Below are positions 25,582-28,926 of a DNA stretch of 28,926 nucleotides, piece by piece. Origin of the DNA: a virus (Duplodnaviria; Caudoviricetes); the IMG/VR virus record IMGVR_UViG_3300007345_000180, positions 1 through 28,926 of that record; one strand, written 5' to 3'. The position numbers and the translations under genes are program-made. The stretch's first letter is position 1. Each line of letters begins with the position of its first letter. The notes under the pieces were generated by a model. It made no database searches. It was not told the origin of the DNA and saw nothing but the letters and a program-made list of their open reading frames with translations.

Positions 25582-27071
25582 TGTCCGCAATCAGTACCGG
25601 CTACAATGCCAACTACCCAAAGACAAAACGCAGAAACCCAGGAACGACCGTCAGGTCTGTCGACGCTTCGGTCAGCGACCAGGACAAAAGGCAGCTGATT
25701 GAATCGGCCAGGGATCTGTATAGAAACTTCCCAGTTGCTGCATGGGCAATCAGGAAGCATCTAGACTATGTGTCGACGTTCAACTTTATGATCCAGACCG
25801 GAAATAAAGATTTTGACGATACATTCAGAAAGCTGTTGGAAGAAAATTCAAAGCCCGAGAATTGCGACATCACGGGACGACACAGCCTGAGCCAGCTGAT
25901 TAGGCTTGCTGAAGGATTACGCACTACAGATGGTGACGTATTTTTAATGAAGCTCCGGAGCGGTCACCTCCAAGGCATCGAAGCCGATAGAGTGCGTAAT
26001 GAGTATGACGGTAAGTTGCTTTATTCTGATGATTACCGTCGCAAGCCATGGCTAAGACCATATAGCGGTCAGGTTGTGTCCCCGTGGGCCACACACGGAG
26101 TTATCCAGAACAAAGCTGGGAAGGCCATAGGCTATAGGTTGTGGCACAAAACAATTGATGACAGATATCAATTCGATCGAGTGATTCCTGCGAGAAACAT
26201 GATTCACTTCGGCTATTTCGATAAGATGTCTCAAACTCGCGGCTACTCCCCGCTGATTGCTGCAATCGACACAATGCATGATGTCGATGAAATGTCAGAA
26301 TTCGCAAGACTAAAGGCAAAGGTCAGCCAGTATTTTGCACTATCGATTTCAAGAGACAAGACTGACTACTTAACTGGGTCAGATGCTTATGATGATGAGT
26401 GTGACAAAGAAGGTCAGTTTGACTCTATCGATTTTGGCACAGGTCCGTTGGTGCTAGACCTTGAGGATGGAGATAAAGCTGACTTCTTGGAATCAAAAAC
26501 TCCAAGCACTGAATTTCAAGACTATATCACTCTAGCCTTGCAGATGGGACTTAAAGCTCTTGACATCCCATGGTCAATTGCAGATGAGTCGTTCACTAAC
26601 TACAGTGGCTCTCGAATTGCGATGACTCAGTATATCAAGTCTTGTGAATCAAAAAGAGCTGACGTTGTCCGAGTCCTTAATTCAATTACCGAGTTTTGGT
26701 TTTTAAGGTGGATCAAGGAAGGGAAAATTAAGCTTCCCGCCGGAGTAGAGTTTGGAGACATCCGTTGGAAGTGGATTCCAGCCGGAGTGCCTTGGTTTGA
26801 TCCGAGAGCCGAGGCCCAAGCTGATATCGATCTGATTGCAGCGGGGCTTAAAACTAGATCAGAAGTTAGACTTACCCACTTCGGTGATGATTGGAAAACA
26901 CAAGTTGCTGACAAGCTTAAGGAAGAAGAAGACTATCTTGCAGAGCTTGGTTTAAAACAAACCTCTCCAGTTAGCGGCAGCTCTGGGGTAAAGAACAGGG
27001 AAATTGAAGAGGAAGTTGATGACGATGACAGAGACGATGAAGACCAAGATCGACGAGCTGACGAAGTTTAA
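25581..27071 (+). CDS. Portal protein, lambda family
   Basis: ARDLYRN, DGDVF, IEADR, QTRGYSPL, NYSGSR and W.DP..E motifs. Confidence 0.92.
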   Translation: MSAISTGYNANYPKTKRRNPGTTVRSVDASVSDQDKRQLIESARDLYRNFPVAAWAIRKHLDYVSTFNFMIQTGNKDFDDTFRKLLEENSKPENCDITGRHSLSQLIRLAEGLRTTDGDVFLMKLRSGHLQGIEADRVRNEYDGKLLYSDDYRRKPWLRPYSGQVVSPWATHGVIQNKAGKAIGYRLWHKTIDDRYQFDRVIPARNMIHFGYFDKMSQTRGYSPLIAAIDTMHDVDEMSEFARLKAKVSQYFALSISRDKTDYLTGSDAYDDECDKEGQFDSIDFGTGPLVLDLEDGDKADFLESKTPSTEFQDYITLALQMGLKALDIPWSIADESFTNYSGSRIAMTQYIKSCESKRADVVRVLNSITEFWFLRWIKEGKIKLPAGVEFGDIRWKWIPAGVPWFDPRAEAQADIDLIAAGLKTRSEVRLTHFGDDWKTQVADKLKEEEDYLAELGLKQTSPVSGSSGVKNREIEEEVDDDDRDDEDQDRRADEV

Positions 27072-28089
27072 TGCCATTGGGTTGGACAATGAAAGCAAGA
27101 TCGATTTTGACAAGGGTGTGATTTATGGTGCCAAAGTTATTGAGCTTGGTCGCGTCAATGATCATCGCCCTTTTGTTGTGGATGAAGAAACATTATCGGC
27201 AGTGGTGGCCTTCGGGAACCGTCCGAATAATGGAATCAAGGTAAGGTTTACCCACACTCAAGAGTCCCTGGGAAATCACCTTGGTCGTGCGGTTAATTTC
27301 TACCGTCGCGGACAGGAGAACTGTGTTCGTTGTGACATCAATTTAGTTAAAGCTGCGAAGTTGGCTCCCTTCAATGCTTATGACTATATCATGTCACTCG
27401 CCATGGAAGACCCTGAAGCGTTGGGGTTATCAATCGCATTTATGATGGACCCTGAAGTAGAGGCAGTGGATGGTCTACTGCCGGTCAGGATCAAGCGTCT
27501 TTACTCCGTAGATTTTGTGGGCGAACCTAATGCAACTCGCGGTGGTTTGTTTTCCGCAGAAAACGAGGAAAGTATGACTATTGAAGAGAAGCTCGAAGGC
27601 CTTCTTGATGAAGAGAAAAAAGATCAAGTTGTCTTTGAGGAAGATGAGAAGAAGGATGAGTATGAGGAGGATGTAAAGGACGAAGAAGCCTCCGAGGACG
27701 AAGACGAAGATAAGATGGAAGAAGATGAGGAAGACGGGGAGAAGGTTGAACAAAGCCAAAAGCCACTTCCTGAGTACGAAGCTTACATTGAAGCCTTCGG
27801 TGAGCAGGGTGCTGTCTGGTACTTGCGTGGAAAGCCTCTGAATGAGTGCTTTGCAGAATATCTTCATTCAGTCAACAAAGAGAATGAAGCATTGCGTGCA
27901 GAGCTAGCTGAAGCTAAGGCCCAGGTTGAAGCATTCTCAGCTGGGTTGGGAGAAGAATCTCCAGCTGCTGCGAACGCTGATGTACAGCTGTCCGAAGCTG
28001 AAATGCGTCACCAAGAGTTTATTGCTCAAAAGAAAGAGCAAGGCTGGAGCGATAAAGAAATTCGCTGGGCAAGCCTCTTCTCTAAATAA
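27019..28089 (+). CDS. Prohead protease with C-terminal acidic/coiled-coil scaffold region (start uncertain, 27004-27037)
   Basis: RFTH, GLSI and L.SVDFVGEP.AT motifs, then a long D/E tract and coiled coil. Lies between portal and capsid. Confidence 0.75.
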   Translation: MTMTETMKTKIDELTKFNAIGLDNESKIDFDKGVIYGAKVIELGRVNDHRPFVVDEETLSAVVAFGNRPNNGIKVRFTHTQESLGNHLGRAVNFYRRGQENCVRCDINLVKAAKLAPFNAYDYIMSLAMEDPEALGLSIAFMMDPEVEAVDGLLPVRIKRLYSVDFVGEPNATRGGLFSAENEESMTIEEKLEGLLDEEKKDQVVFEEDEKKDEYEEDVKDEEASEDEDEDKMEEDEEDGEKVEQSQKPLPEYEAYIEAFGEQGAVWYLRGKPLNECFAEYLHSVNKENEALRAELAEAKAQVEAFSAGLGEESPAAANADVQLSEAEMRHQEFIAQKKEQGWSDKEIRWASLFSK

Positions 28090-28118
28090 CTAATTAAACT
28101 TTCTATAGGATGATTTAA

Positions 28119-28926
28119 ATGAGTTTTCAAACGACTGCTGAAGTTTTGAAGTTGAACCGTAAGGATCTTGATGTCGTCATTCGCGACGTACTCGAGGCCA
28201 CCCCATTCCTTGGAGTTGCAGCCGCTCGATCAGTTGCTTCTGACAACTTCAAATATACTAAATTGATCACCGCACCTTCGGCCACGTTCCGTGCCCCGAA
28301 TGTTGGTGTGGATAATACTCCGAGCGGATACGAAGAAGTCAGCTTGGCTCTGAAATACTTGGATGCCAGCTTCTCCATCGATACCGCAGTTGCCAAAGTT
28401 GACGAGCGTGGCGTTGATCATGCGATTGGTCTTGAGGCCCTCGCTGCTCTTCGAGCCGCTATGGTTACTGTTGAGAACAACATCTTCCAAGGCAACTCCA
28501 CCAACCCAGCTACGACCGGAGGTGGTATTGCTGGTGGCTTTGAAGGTCTTCCTGGAATCGGAAGTTTGAATGCCATTGCTGACTCCCAGGTTATTAGCAA
28601 CGGCGGTGTTGCTGCTAATGCTCAGACCTCTGTTTACGGTATTACCTTTGGCGAGAATGGATTTGAGTTGCTCTGGGGCGAAGGTGGTGAGCTTACCGTT
28701 TCCGAGCGAATGATGGTCAAGGAAACCTCCTCGGGTGCTTTGCAATTCTGGGCATACGCTCACGAGATTGCTGGCTACTGCGGAATGAAGAATGGTAGCA
28801 TCCACAGCATTCATCGACTTTGCAATGTCGATGCAACTGCTACGTTGGATGATGATGCATTGGCAACCCTGATTGCTAACAAACCGGTTGGGCAGGCTCC
28901 ATTTGATGTGATTGTCATGAACCGAC
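28119..28926 (+). CDS. Major capsid protein (3' truncated by window edge), not in ORF track
   Basis: Open from ATG 28119 to the window end: MSFQTTAEVLKLN...P...FR..N.G...LDASFSID.AVA...IFQG...GFEGL...TSVY...RLCNV...IVMNR. Position after the protease fits an HK97-fold capsid. Confidence 0.85.
   Translation, partial: MSFQTTAEVLKLNRKDLDVVIRDVLEATPFLGVAAARSVASDNFKYTKLITAPSATFRAPNVGVDNTPSGYEEVSLALKYLDASFSIDTAVAKVDERGVDHAIGLEALAALRAAMVTVENNIFQGNSTNPATTGGGIAGGFEGLPGIGSLNAIADSQVISNGGVAANAQTSVYGITFGENGFELLWGEGGELTVSERMMVKETSSGALQFWAYAHEIAGYCGMKNGSIHSIHRLCNVDATATLDDDALATLIANKPVGQAPFDVIVMNR

Noticed and set aside
27580-27760. GAA/GAG/GAT-rich repetitive tract
   Set aside because: Explained by the acidic linker of the protease/scaffold protein. 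It is not a DNA repeat element.
28127-28814. Minus-strand ORFs (up to 194 aa) and a short plus-strand ORF over the window end
   Set aside because: These are shadows of the major capsid gene, which is open from 28119 to the edge and absent from the track only because it has no stop in the window.
1-28926. Stop-codon reassignment, introns or inteins
   Set aside because: Genes tile both arms densely in code 11, and RNR, terminase, portal and primase have ordinary lengths without evident insertions.

Overview
This window is a segment of a tailed dsDNA phage genome (Caudoviricetes, genetic code 11) with two divergent arms. The left arm (1-11217, minus strand) is an early/replication operon: sigma-70/ECF-like protein, a small acidic peptide, RecE-like exonuclease, Sak4-like AAA ATPase, SSB-like protein, primase-polymerase/helicase fusion, RuvC-like resolvase, DUF3310 protein, class II ribonucleotide reductase and dUTPase, ending in an intrinsic terminator. 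The right arm (11727-28926, plus strand) holds a membrane-protein/papain-family peptidase module (candidate lysis), beta-helix and LamG receptor-binding/decoration proteins, a Cys-rich protein, GpA-type terminase, gpW-like protein, lambda-type portal, protease/scaffold and a truncated major capsid protein. From memory, several gene styles resemble Planctomycetota phages, but host assignment is only an inference. The most notable unexplained signals are: (i) a 38-bp motif present as an inverted pair in the divergent intergenic region next to the sigma-like gene; (ii) a strand-specific hairpin with five tandem G·A pairs right after the rightward copy, followed by a structured leader; (iii) a shared C-terminal F-[TR]-R-L-x-stop motif on three consecutive adhesin-like proteins; (iv) an unannotated acidic/aromatic 33-36 aa peptide with no basic residues. 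All family calls come from motif recognition by eye, with no database searches.
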